A DNA stretch of 63,428 bases, filler included, from Stramenopiles sp. TOSAG23-3 (taxonomy: Eukaryota): the NCBI GenBank assembly GCA_900128585.1. It is 4 parts of 4 records of this genome, joined end to end, with 100 filler letters (N's around TTAATTAATTAA, not from the genome) between each part and the next. Parts side by side here need not be neighbours in the genome. Positions count along the whole stretch, not along the records: positions 40,977 to 61,345 come from LT642378.1; positions 61,446 to 63,428 come from LT645182.1; 2 more parts are not named here. One strand, 5' to 3'. This document shows, piece by piece, positions 52,446 to 61,699 of this stretch (position 1 is the stretch's first letter; every line of letters begins with the position of its first letter). A program made the translations under genes and the position numbers. The notes under the pieces were generated by a model. It was not told the origin of the DNA. It saw nothing but the letters and a program-made list of their open reading frames with translations, and did not search any database.

Positions 52446-52678
52446 TTTAGCTTCGTCATACCCTAATCCTAACTTGGTTCTGTAATTTTTTTTATAGTTC
52501 ATTCTAAAACTTATAAAACTAATATCGACGTGTACGGGTAAAATATTAATACCGGTATATATGCTAATGTATATAATATTAATACCGTTACACACCCCTC
52601 TGGACACAAAATCGGATTAAACGGAAGGACCTGGTATTAATACCGGTACCTATATATATATAATAATAACGTTGCAGT

Positions 52679-53659
52679 TTAAGATTCCGAGACAACTGAC
52701 GCCAAGACGGTCGCCCCAGCAGCCCCAACTGCGGCGCCGGCCACGTACTTCTTGCTGCTCTTGGCCTCGCTAGTATTATCATTTTTGGATTCCGCCTCGC
52801 CCTGTTTTGAAATGCGCTCCTCGCCTGACTCCATTTTATGATGCCCCGAGCCTAGCTCCGTTTCAAGCTCCCTCAGTTCACTTAACTGCTTGGTCAAGTA
52901 CCGCAGTATCTGAAACGGAAACTGGTGGGTTTCAGGGAACAACATGGTAAAATCGTCCGTTTCCCACTCACGGAGAATTTGAGCAAATTCAGTGGTCCAT
53001 CCGATCAAGTCGATGTAGAAGACATTACGCAACCAACCGCTCTTTGCAACGCAGGGGAAGTCTTCCTTGAAAATGTCCGGGGTTGGAAACGCCGTCAGGC
53101 TCTGAGCCTCCTTCATGATCAAATCGCGCAAAGGGACCGCGTATTGCTCCACAATTCGCCGGCACACGGCGCGGTACCGTGTGGCAAACTTTGATTTCGG
53201 CGACGCTCGAATTTCGTCCTCTAGCTCCCCGCCGACAAACGAAGGCAAATGGTTGAACCGGCCTTTTATGTAATCTGGCACAAACTTAAACTTCAAAACC
53301 TCGTTCCAATACTTTTCAACCCTCCCGTTGGATAATTTATTCAAATTGTTCCGCGGGGCAAAACCAAACTTATTGATAGCGTCGTCCCCCATAACGTTCA
53401 TCCACACCTCGTTCCAAAGCCCCATGCCCAGCATGGTCGCGGGCCCAACGAACCCAGTTATTTGAAGTCGAACCCGCACCAACCGTTGTTTTCGCAAATG
53501 CTGCTCATGCTCTATCTGGCTCTCCCGTTCCCTCTCCTTCCCTTTAAGTTTTGACTGAACGATGTAACCGACAACGCCAACGACTGCAGACAGAAAAATA
53601 AGGATGCCCTGGACTAGCTGCGCGGAACCGTAGTCGGCCGGCAAACTGCTGCTGCTCAT
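52679..53659 (-). CDS. Hypothetical protein with N-terminal TM helix
   Basis: Likely start MSSSSLPADYG at 53659, TM GILIFLSAVVGVVGYIV, coiled coil and helical domain. Confidence 0.7.
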   Translation of the reverse strand: MSSSSLPADYGSAQLVQGILIFLSAVVGVVGYIVQSKLKGKERERESQIEHEQHLRKQRLVRVRLQITGFVGPATMLGMGLWNEVWMNVMGDDAINKFGFAPRNNLNKLSNGRVEKYWNEVLKFKFVPDYIKGRFNHLPSFVGGELEDEIRASPKSKFATRYRAVCRRIVEQYAVPLRDLIMKEAQSLTAFPTPDIFKEDFPCVAKSGWLRNVFYIDLIGWTTEFAQILREWETDDFTMLFPETHQFPFQILRYLTKQLSELRELETELGSGHHKMESGEERISKQGEAESKNDNTSEAKSSKKYVAGAAVGAAGATVLASVVSES

Positions 53660-54184
53660 CTGGCTCGAACGTATATTGTACGGGTGAGTGGGTTGCACGA
53701 ACGATTCGACGTAACAAGAAGAAGGATGGGGCCAGCTACAAACGAATTCGAAAGTAGGGCAAACGAGGAAGAAAAACATGGATATTTTAGTAAGAAACCT
53801 GCACTATTGGCCACACCACTGATGACAAATAACGGTGATCGATAATAGCTTATATATTTTTATTTTTATTTCATTGTAGTAGTATTAATACATACCTGGT
53901 ACTGTACCCACGGTAACACCACAATAGTTGGATGATAATAAATAAAAAAATAATAATACGAAAAAATATATATAGAACGAGAACGACTATGATATAATAA
54001 TAATAAAATAAAGAAAATCCTTTTCGTAGGTACAGGTTCCATTGATTTCTGTCGATTCATGCTCGCGAGACGTCACACCGACTTCCACGTTTCCTACATT
54101 GCTATTATAAATTTTTCTTCTTTTGCATCGCTTGCCTGCTCTAAACCACGGCTGGATCCTGTACTTTCGAAACAAACACACAAT

Positions 54185-57073
54185 ATGCCAAGGCTCTCTT
54201 TTCTTATAGCATTTTGTTTCTCGGTTCTCGGGGTTTCCGTTTCCGAATTTCACAACAGCGGTACCCCCAACTATATTTCAAAATCATTTGATTGCAATGT
54301 GCGAAAAGCGGCTTATGAATATGGAAAAGCACTGATACCCCGACGTGGGGACTTCAAAACTCTGTTTGACGCTCTGCAGCTTGGCAATGGTTGCAATGTG
54401 CCTGAGCCAAAGGGTCCGGTAGACGCTTGGAGTCCAACCAAGTATCCTACACCAAAGAGCAACGTTATATATGCAGATGCTGCGAAAGGCTCTGACAGAA
54501 CAGGGAGTGGCTCAAAATCAAACCCTTTTCAATCGATTGCCAAGGCTGTTTTTGCGGCGAAACATCACACAACCATTCTTCTCCGCGGTGGAACTTACTT
54601 CACAGAACAAATTGAACTCGGCACTGAGCTTTCTGGGCTGACGATTCAAAATTACGATGGAGAACGGGTAACCGTCTCTGGGGGCATTCCGATAAATATA
54701 ACAGGCCAAAGGTTATGGAAACCGTACAAAGTAAAGCACGGGTGGGACTCTCCTGCCTTAGGAGGTAATAATATTTACGGCAAAGTTCCAGCGCCAAAGA
54801 CCAACACGTCGCTAGTAAAATATTTGGGGTCATTTCCAACGCTTGCAGCATGCCAGGAGGCCGCCCGAGCTGATTTTGGAAGCGTAACATGGCACCACCC
54901 TGATTTTGATCGCAGTTGGGCTTCTCAGTGCTACGGTACTTTACAACGCTCGGGATGGTGGAATCCTTTCCGGGAAGAAGGGGTGGATTCTGTGCAATTT
55001 CTGAGGCAAAATATTTGGGTTGTTGATCTGAAAGAGGCAGACAAACTTGCGAACTCTCGCCTTGGCTCTGACGACTCGTCGTTTAAAGGGCTGCGAACAC
55101 CGGACGGGCGCCGTGCCATACGGGCGAAATTTCCAAATGGTGACCCAGAGTTGAGTGGACAATGGTATGAATCATCTGATCCGGGAATGGGGGCTGGAGA
55201 ATACGTAACCGGGTGGGTCACGCAGGACACAGAGTGGTTAAAGCCGGACAGAAAGCCAGATGCGACTGAGCTCGTTGCCAATGGAAAAGATTGGCCAGGG
55301 GTTTTCTGGCCTGACGCAGAAGAGGGCGGTTCGAAATGGACGGGGGAGGGGGACTGGGGTGATTTTCACATAGGAATGGGCGGTTACTGTGACGATATTT
55401 TTCCACCGACAGGATATTGGTGCTCTATGAAACCGCCCCGTGGTCAATGTTTTGACAATAAGACAATGACCAGTAAGGGCTGCACTCAAACACATATGGC
55501 ACCAATAGGAATCCGATATTCGGGTGTACTGGACCGTGTTGAGAATTATACAAACCCACAGGGTGCGATTGTGCAAGTCTGGCGCGGGGGGGGTAGGTGG
55601 TTCACGAACCTCTGTCGAGTCAGTAGGGTCGACAAAGCAAGTAAGATTATAGTGTTTTCAAAAGATGGGCCAGGCGGCGGTTGCAACCAAGGCGGAGAGG
55701 GAGAAGTGTCTGGTAGTCAGTGGTGGATTGAAAATGTGCTGGAGGAGCTGGACGAAGCTGGGGAATGGTATTTTGATAAGAAAACTCGACTTCTATACTA
55801 CGGCTTTAACCATACCAATACACCACCCATCAGTACGAACTGGGTAGCAACAAAAACAGAAGTATTGTTTAATGTAACCGGTACAAGCCAATCCCTGCCT
55901 GTTCGCGGTATCACGATTCGTGGATTGGAGCTACGGGACACCTCATACACTTATATCGGAACCGGGAAAGCCGCAGTCCACGGGATGCCATCTGGTGGCG
56001 ATTGGGGCCTTCAGCGTTCGGGTGCAATCTTGATTGAAAATTCAGAAGACGTAGTCGTCGATGGTAATTTTTTTACGCGCATTGATGGCAATGGGATTTC
56101 GCTAAATAATTACAACCGTAGGGCAGTGTTTTCCAACAACGATTTTTCCTGGGTTGGTGATAGCGCTATGGCAAGTTGGGGTAGTACAGGTTACTGTATA
56201 AATGCAAACTGCTCCAACAAAATTGATTATCCAAGCGGCCCTGATGGAAGAGGTGGAAACCAGCCTCGATACACGAATGTGACAGGAAATCTCGTGCGAG
56301 AAGTCGGTATATGGCAGAAACAGAGCAGCATGTGGTTTCAAGCAACCACCGCACGAACTTATTTTGCACGGAATGTGTTTTTCAATGGCCCAAGGGCAGC
56401 CCTAAATTTCAATGATGGGTTTGGTGGTGGGGACATCATTGAAAATAATTTACTTGCCAATTGTGTACGCGAATCTGGTGACCATGGACCATGGAATAGC
56501 TGGGATCGAATTCCATACATTACTGAGCTTGGAATGCTCCCCGATGCGTCGTCTCCAACCGGTTATAAAGATGCAGAGGGATATCCCTCTGTTGTCCCGA
56601 CATTTCGAACCATTCGTTACAATTTTGTGTTTGATGTCTACTCGAGTCAAGAGGGTATTGACACTGACGATGGTAGTAGTTTTTATCACACACACGATAA
56701 CTTTTTGGTGTATGCGGCTGCAGGATTAAAGAGTGATTTTGGAGGCCAATGGAACTGGCACTATGATAATGTATACGCATATGTTGGACAATGTTTCGGA
56801 ACGGGCAACAATCTAGCATTTTTTAACAACACATGCGCAACCTTTGGTGACGGGTATTTGTCTGACTGTCAAAAGGAAATGCCGAAAATTTACGGAAATG
56901 TGGTTAGTAATGAAAAGGGAGAGATGCACGTGTGTGGAGGCAAATCACTGAAAGAATGGGTCAAAGAAGGTCATGATGAAGGCACAACAATTGGCAAGTG
57001 GCCGTCTGATGAAACACTGGTAAAGAGGGGGGTTGAAAAGGTCATGAAAGGGCTCAGAATTAGTAAAATTTAA
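54185..57073 (+). CDS. Secreted right-handed parallel beta-helix protein (pectin-lyase-like fold, putative CAZyme)
   Basis: Signal peptide from ATG 54185. GSDRTGSGSKSNPFQSIAKA, ILLRGGTY, ENVLEELDEAGEWYFD, GNLVREVG, FNDGFGGG, RESGDHGPWNSWDR, IDTDDGS. Confidence 0.8.
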   Translation: MPRLSFLIAFCFSVLGVSVSEFHNSGTPNYISKSFDCNVRKAAYEYGKALIPRRGDFKTLFDALQLGNGCNVPEPKGPVDAWSPTKYPTPKSNVIYADAAKGSDRTGSGSKSNPFQSIAKAVFAAKHHTTILLRGGTYFTEQIELGTELSGLTIQNYDGERVTVSGGIPINITGQRLWKPYKVKHGWDSPALGGNNIYGKVPAPKTNTSLVKYLGSFPTLAACQEAARADFGSVTWHHPDFDRSWASQCYGTLQRSGWWNPFREEGVDSVQFLRQNIWVVDLKEADKLANSRLGSDDSSFKGLRTPDGRRAIRAKFPNGDPELSGQWYESSDPGMGAGEYVTGWVTQDTEWLKPDRKPDATELVANGKDWPGVFWPDAEEGGSKWTGEGDWGDFHIGMGGYCDDIFPPTGYWCSMKPPRGQCFDNKTMTSKGCTQTHMAPIGIRYSGVLDRVENYTNPQGAIVQVWRGGGRWFTNLCRVSRVDKASKIIVFSKDGPGGGCNQGGEGEVSGSQWWIENVLEELDEAGEWYFDKKTRLLYYGFNHTNTPPISTNWVATKTEVLFNVTGTSQSLPVRGITIRGLELRDTSYTYIGTGKAAVHGMPSGGDWGLQRSGAILIENSEDVVVDGNFFTRIDGNGISLNNYNRRAVFSNNDFSWVGDSAMASWGSTGYCINANCSNKIDYPSGPDGRGGNQPRYTNVTGNLVREVGIWQKQSSMWFQATTARTYFARNVFFNGPRAALNFNDGFGGGDIIENNLLANCVRESGDHGPWNSWDRIPYITELGMLPDASSPTGYKDAEGYPSVVPTFRTIRYNFVFDVYSSQEGIDTDDGSSFYHTHDNFLVYAAAGLKSDFGGQWNWHYDNVYAYVGQCFGTGNNLAFFNNTCATFGDGYLSDCQKEMPKIYGNVVSNEKGEMHVCGGKSLKEWVKEGHDEGTTIGKWPSDETLVKRGVEKVMKGLRISKI

Positions 57074-57164
57074 AATTAATAAAGGGAAGGATCTGCAATA
57101 GGAGGGGATATTGTTCTTGAACTGACACCTTCTTTTTTCTTTTTTATATATTTTTTTTTAATCT

Positions 57165-57490
57165 TAAATAACAGCCAATTTTCTTGTTTAAATAACAGCC
57201 AATTTTCTTGTTTTTCAAGGATTGAGTCACCTATGAGTGAGATATCGGGTGAGGAAGTTGATTACGGTTCATTTGCAAGCATTGCTAATCCAGATTACCG
57301 ATTCGGATCGTTCATGGACTCCACTCTAGATTTCAGTTTTCAGTTTTCAGTTCGCAGTACATTAATTTTAATTAACTTAAATAACAGCCAATTTTCTTAT
57401 TTTAATTACTATATAAAATAACAGCCAATTTTTCTTGTGTTTTATATTTTTTTAATTACTATAATAAAATAACAGCCAATTTTCTTGTAT
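57165..57490 (+). repeat. Dispersed repeat family A cluster (AAATAACAGCCAATTTTCTT x5)
   Basis: Copies at about 57166, 57190, 57379, 57416 and 57467, plus TTCAGTTCGCAGTACATTAATTTTAATT at ~57346. Confidence 0.85.
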
Positions 57491-57663
57491 TTAATTAATA
57501 AAAAAATTAGATCTTAAAAACATTTGTGCGCACTTGTGCATGGGTATTTTATAATTTTGTTCTGCAACAACAGAATCATATAATTATATTTTTTTGTCCT
57601 GTGCGAATTTCTGCATTTAATGTATACCAGCAGAGTCCTCCTTCAGAGGCGCAGGTCCCATGA

Positions 57664-57750
57664 CAATCGTTCCACGTGGATTCTCGGGCTAGGTGTCCCC
57701 TTGTATGTTATTCGTTTTGGGAGCACAGCCGTCATTGGCAACAAATGTAG
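57664..57750 (-). promoter_or_regulatory. Putative eukaryotic SECIS element
   Basis: Minus strand: AUGA-C-GGCUGUGCUCCC-AAAA-loop-GGGGACACCUAGCC-C-GAG. AUGA at 57735-57732, paired helix II, apical AAA, 3' GA at 57685-57684. Lies 40 nt after the stop of a gene carrying an in-frame TGA. Confidence 0.7.
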
Positions 57751-57775
57751 TGTAGATAAAGCGCCCTTTGGACAC

Positions 57776-58849
57776 TCAGAAAATGGCGGCACGTCCAGGC
57801 GCAACAGCCGATTGATTTTTTATGTTATTGCTTCCTATATTTGGAAATCCGTTTGATCCCATCGCCCAGGCCAAAAAGGGGCCAAAGTCGGATCCAGCAA
57901 TCCCACCGAGAAGCACCGACTGGAACGCTTTTAAAGAGCGGATAGTGACATCGATTTGGACTGTGTCTTGGTCAACGCTCTTTGCTGACGTTAACTGCAC
58001 CGCGTCTACGGCAAAAATGTTCACGTAGCTCGGTGAATGGTCAGGCTGAGACGTTTGAAAGTTTATCGGAAGCCACTCTTTGCTTCCCACAAAGTTGGTG
58101 GCCTCCAAGATGGCTTTATTGAAATTGTCAACGTGACCGTTTATATCAGATTTGTTCAGCCCTGTGTTCGCAAGGTAAAACGTCAAATCTAAGGGGACCG
58201 ATGTGCACACTTCTGGCTCGTCTTTGGGTCCAATTTCCTGGCATAGAACACGGACCAAAGACGCCCAAGAATTGTTGTATAAATGCGCGCCGTTCACAAA
58301 AATGTGCGGAAACAGCCCTCGAGGGTGAAGTTTCTTGTACATCGGGGCCCGTGTTTTGTTCAAACTTTTCTCGATGCGCCCAACTTCCGTCTTGTTCGCC
58401 GCGCAACCACTGACCTGCTCGTAGTCGATGCCCGCCTCTTTTGCACACAGCGGTCGTCGCGCTGGATCCGGTGTTGCCTCGCGGTTGGCATATGGGCCCT
58501 CGAAGCACTTCAAAAAGTGGGCAACGTTTCGCTGTGAACTTGCGGAGCACTCGGATTGGAACCAGCAATATTCATGAACAAGGCAACTTTCGAACCTGAC
58601 GCTGTCGCAGGCCATTCCGTCGCAAATGTAACTCCCTGAGACAGGGTCGATGTGGTTCAGCGGAAAGTACCGAAATCGCACTCTCTCATTGAACGCGTCG
58701 AAAGCTAGTGTTTGGTATACTACATTGGATGCTTCGAAACAGTATTGTCACGTGCTGTAGCCGTACCAGTCTAAGGTAATCGGCGCCGTCGTCCCGTACA
58801 CGAAACTGACCTGAAAAAATAAAACCAAGGCCGCAGTAGCAGAAACCAT
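57776..58849 (-). CDS. GILT-like thiol reductase selenoprotein (UxxC), 357 aa, secreted or lysosomal
   Basis: ATG 58849 reads MVSATAALVLFFQVSFVYG (signal) TTAPITLDWYGYST-TGA-QYCFEAS..., continuous with ORF 57776..58681. The TGA (58750-58748) sits at the first Cys of the GILT V.LYYESLCPDC motif. Degenerate GILT signature CDGMACDSVRFESC, plus FLKCFE, CAKEAGIDYEQVSGCA, FPHIFVNG. Confidence 0.85.
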
Positions 58850-59352
58850 TTTAAGCAGGGCAGTTTTGAATTATGAAATTATCAAATTGTATTTCAACTT
58901 TCAACCAACGTCCTTGTTGAATACAATAGAATATGGTCTACTTTCATTATAAACAAACATTCCTTATATACATTTCGTTTTTATTCTTTCCTTGCATTCT
59001 TCATCATCGTTTTTTCTTGTGAATGAAGAAAAAACGCACCGTTTAAAAAAAAGTACATATTAATATTTTATACTTCCTCCCCTTGAGCCTTGAATGATGA
59101 TGGAGGACAATTATTTTTTTACAAGTCGTCTAACGACGGACGACGGAGGAGGAGGAGTCGCATTAATTTGATTTTGATACGGTACCAGGTACGATAAAAT
59201 ATCTCCTCCTTTTTTTTCATTTCTTTTTTATCGCTTTAAAATCCCTAACACATAGTCGTCTAGTCAATGAAAGCGTTTGGTAATAGTGTGAAGTTTATTT
59301 CGTAAGCGTTGGTTTAATTATTTTTATTACCTAGTAGACTAGGTACTTTTAA

Positions 59353-60237
59353 ATGGCATCTTTAGCCAGCACCCGTGAACTGACCCAAGGGACCCCAGAA
59401 TGGTTTGCGGCAAGAAGGAGTAGGCTGACGGCCTCTAATTTTGGGACGGCTGCAGGAATATCAAAGTACGTTAGCCCCAGATCATTGTGGCTGAAAATCA
59501 CGAACCAAATAGAAGTTACTCGAAACGAGACTGCCGCAACGCAGCATGGTGTGGATAACGAAGACAAGGTCCGAAAAATGTACGAAGCAATCTCTGGGAC
59601 CACGGTAACGGAGACTGGGTTTTGGGTTCATCCAAAACATGGTTGGCTAGGCGCATCGCCCGATGGTTTGGTTGGTGATATCGGTATGTTGGAAATTAAA
59701 TGTCCCGTTTATCAAGTTCATGAGACAATTCCGGGTCATTACATGGCCCAGATACAGGGTCAGTTGGAATGTGCAGATAGAATATATTGCGATTTTGCTA
59801 GTTGGCATGGGAACACATTGAACATCTGGAGAGTGTACCGGTCGAAAGTGTATTGGAACTGGTTGTATAGCATTTTGAAAGCGTTCTGGTTTTGCGTTGA
59901 GTGCCAAATAGATCCGTCGTCCAAGTGCCCCATCCCTCCTGAGCATCCTCCGCCACAGGTACAGATAGATTTCCTTTACAGCATGCCCCCGCCTTCCTCC
60001 AGGAAGAAGAAGAAAGCGCACTGCAATGCCGTTTGCAGCACAACGTCGAAACGGTGCAAGGTAACGTTTACTGTGCCAGAGCAAAACTTTAAGCCCTTGT
60101 TTTCGTATGTAAAGGGTCTAAGTCCAGGGCCCGTCCCATCCGTGCCTACGACTAACAGGTCTACAGCGTGCCTTTACTGTCACATTCACAGTAGAAAATC
60201 GAGCATACCTCAACGAGAAGGTTCAAATCACGAGTAA
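59353..60237 (+). CDS. YqaJ/lambda-exonuclease-like PD-(D/E)XK nuclease
   Basis: QGTPEWFAARRSRLTASNFG, HGVDNE, WLGASPDGLV, LEIKCP, YMAQIQGQLE, CDF. Confidence 0.9.
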   Translation: MASLASTRELTQGTPEWFAARRSRLTASNFGTAAGISKYVSPRSLWLKITNQIEVTRNETAATQHGVDNEDKVRKMYEAISGTTVTETGFWVHPKHGWLGASPDGLVGDIGMLEIKCPVYQVHETIPGHYMAQIQGQLECADRIYCDFASWHGNTLNIWRVYRSKVYWNWLYSILKAFWFCVECQIDPSSKCPIPPEHPPPQVQIDFLYSMPPPSSRKKKKAHCNAVCSTTSKRCKVTFTVPEQNFKPLFSYVKGLSPGPVPSVPTTNRSTACLYCHIHSRKSSIPQREGSNHE

Positions 60238-60408
60238 GTAATTTTTTACTAAGTCACTATTTTATTTCCAAAATAAAATTTTATTAAAGTTATTTATGAT
60301 ATAAGCATTTTTATCTATCAAAAAAGTACAAGTAAGAAAATAATTGTGTAGTTTCGGGGAGAAAGGGGTTTTGAAGAGAAAAAAGAGGAACGGACCAAAA
60401 CTGCTGCC

Positions 60409-61023
60409 TCATAGTTCTTTATCTTTTTCAGGCGAAGATGGGGAAGAGGAAGACGGCGACGGTGAGGACGGCAGTTGGTCTCCAATCATAAATAAAACCT
60501 TGATGCCTTTGATGATTTTACGATGTTCATTTGCAAACCCAAGACCAAGCTTTTCCTCTTGCGTTCGCATCAAGGGCTCCAAAAGTGACACAGCGTGGGT
60601 CGCTCTCGCTCTCCCGGGGAATATGAGCACGTTTTCTTTCCGAAGATACCCTAAATCACAGAACATTACGATCTTCCCGAACCAGTGCATTACCCTACGC
60701 CTGGATGCGTCCAGCTGGCGCCCAAGCTCCAACTCGGCAGAAACTTCGTCTTTCGACTCTTTCGGTAAAAATACATTTGCCGTCGTCTTCCTCACCAGCT
60801 GCTTCAAACGCACAAATTCTGAACCATAATCTTCCCCAGTAGCTTCCCGAAAACTCTCCAAGGCATCGAACGCATCTTGCATGTCACGATGAGCATACTC
60901 GGTGTGGATTGTGTTGAAAAAACCAGTCTGTGCCATCGACACGTACGTGTACGTGTAAAAGGCACTGGACAGCAAACTCATCACCGAAACCGTCAGGGCC
61001 AACATTTCACCTAAAGACAACAT
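60409..61023 (-). CDS. Small hypothetical protein with N-terminal TM
   Basis: 204-aa ORF from ATG with a hydrophobic N-terminus and helical domain. Confidence 0.7.
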   Translation of the reverse strand: MLSLGEMLALTVSVMSLLSSAFYTYTYVSMAQTGFFNTIHTEYAHRDMQDAFDALESFREATGEDYGSEFVRLKQLVRKTTANVFLPKESKDEVSAELELGRQLDASRRRVMHWFGKIVMFCDLGYLRKENVLIFPGRARATHAVSLLEPLMRTQEEKLGLGFANEHRKIIKGIKVLFMIGDQLPSSPSPSSSSPSSPEKDKEL

Positions 61024-61345
61024 AATCGTAGAGTAATTTTAAACTGCTCGTCTTCTCTTTCTGGATCTTAAATTATTAAATTCATTATTGTTTTTACAAG
61101 AAAGGAAAGAAATGTGTTGTTTGTTGTTGAAGTTGATGAAAAAGTGACATATTATTATACCCCCCCCCCCCCGCCCCACGCTGGGTTTTATAATTAATAA
61201 TAACTATCATCATCCTATCAAATTAAAAATAATATATACTTATATATTAATAAGTATACTATTATACTAACTCATCCATAATCAATCTCAAAATGTACAA
61301 CGCCGCTTCATTCTTCTTCTTCTTTCTTCTTCTTTCTTCTTCTTT

Positions 61346-61445
61346 NNNNNNNNNNNNNNNNNNNNNNNNNNNNNNNNNNNNNNNNNNNNTTAATTAATTA
61401 ANNNNNNNNNNNNNNNNNNNNNNNNNNNNNNNNNNNNNNNNNNNN
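61346..61445. other. Artificial contig linker N44-TTAATTAATTAA-N44
   Basis: Linker at 61390-61401. Confidence 0.95.
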
Positions 61446-61699
61446 GACAAGAAAAAAATTGGTTCGATAGAGAGACGACTATTCGAACGAATAATGGAAA
61501 GTTGTTTACGATTCAATTTTAAAGATAATATTGATGAATTAGAAATACAAATTAAGAGAGGAAAGAACGCAACGAACATTTTAGGACTGTTGCTTTATTA
61601 TTTTCTTTGAAATAAGTGTGTCGGTAAGCGGATCGGGAACACACTAGTAACAAAAACCAACCTACCCACATAAACAGATACGCGATACGAACTGGTACC

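Noticed and set aside
57165-57490. CRISPR array
   Set aside because: Eukaryotic context, irregular spacing, degenerate repeats and no cas genes.
15090-60237. Endogenous giant virus region linking the RNR relic and YqaJ
   Set aside because: They are on different contigs, surrounded by core eukaryotic genes, with no capsid, packaging ATPase or polymerase genes.
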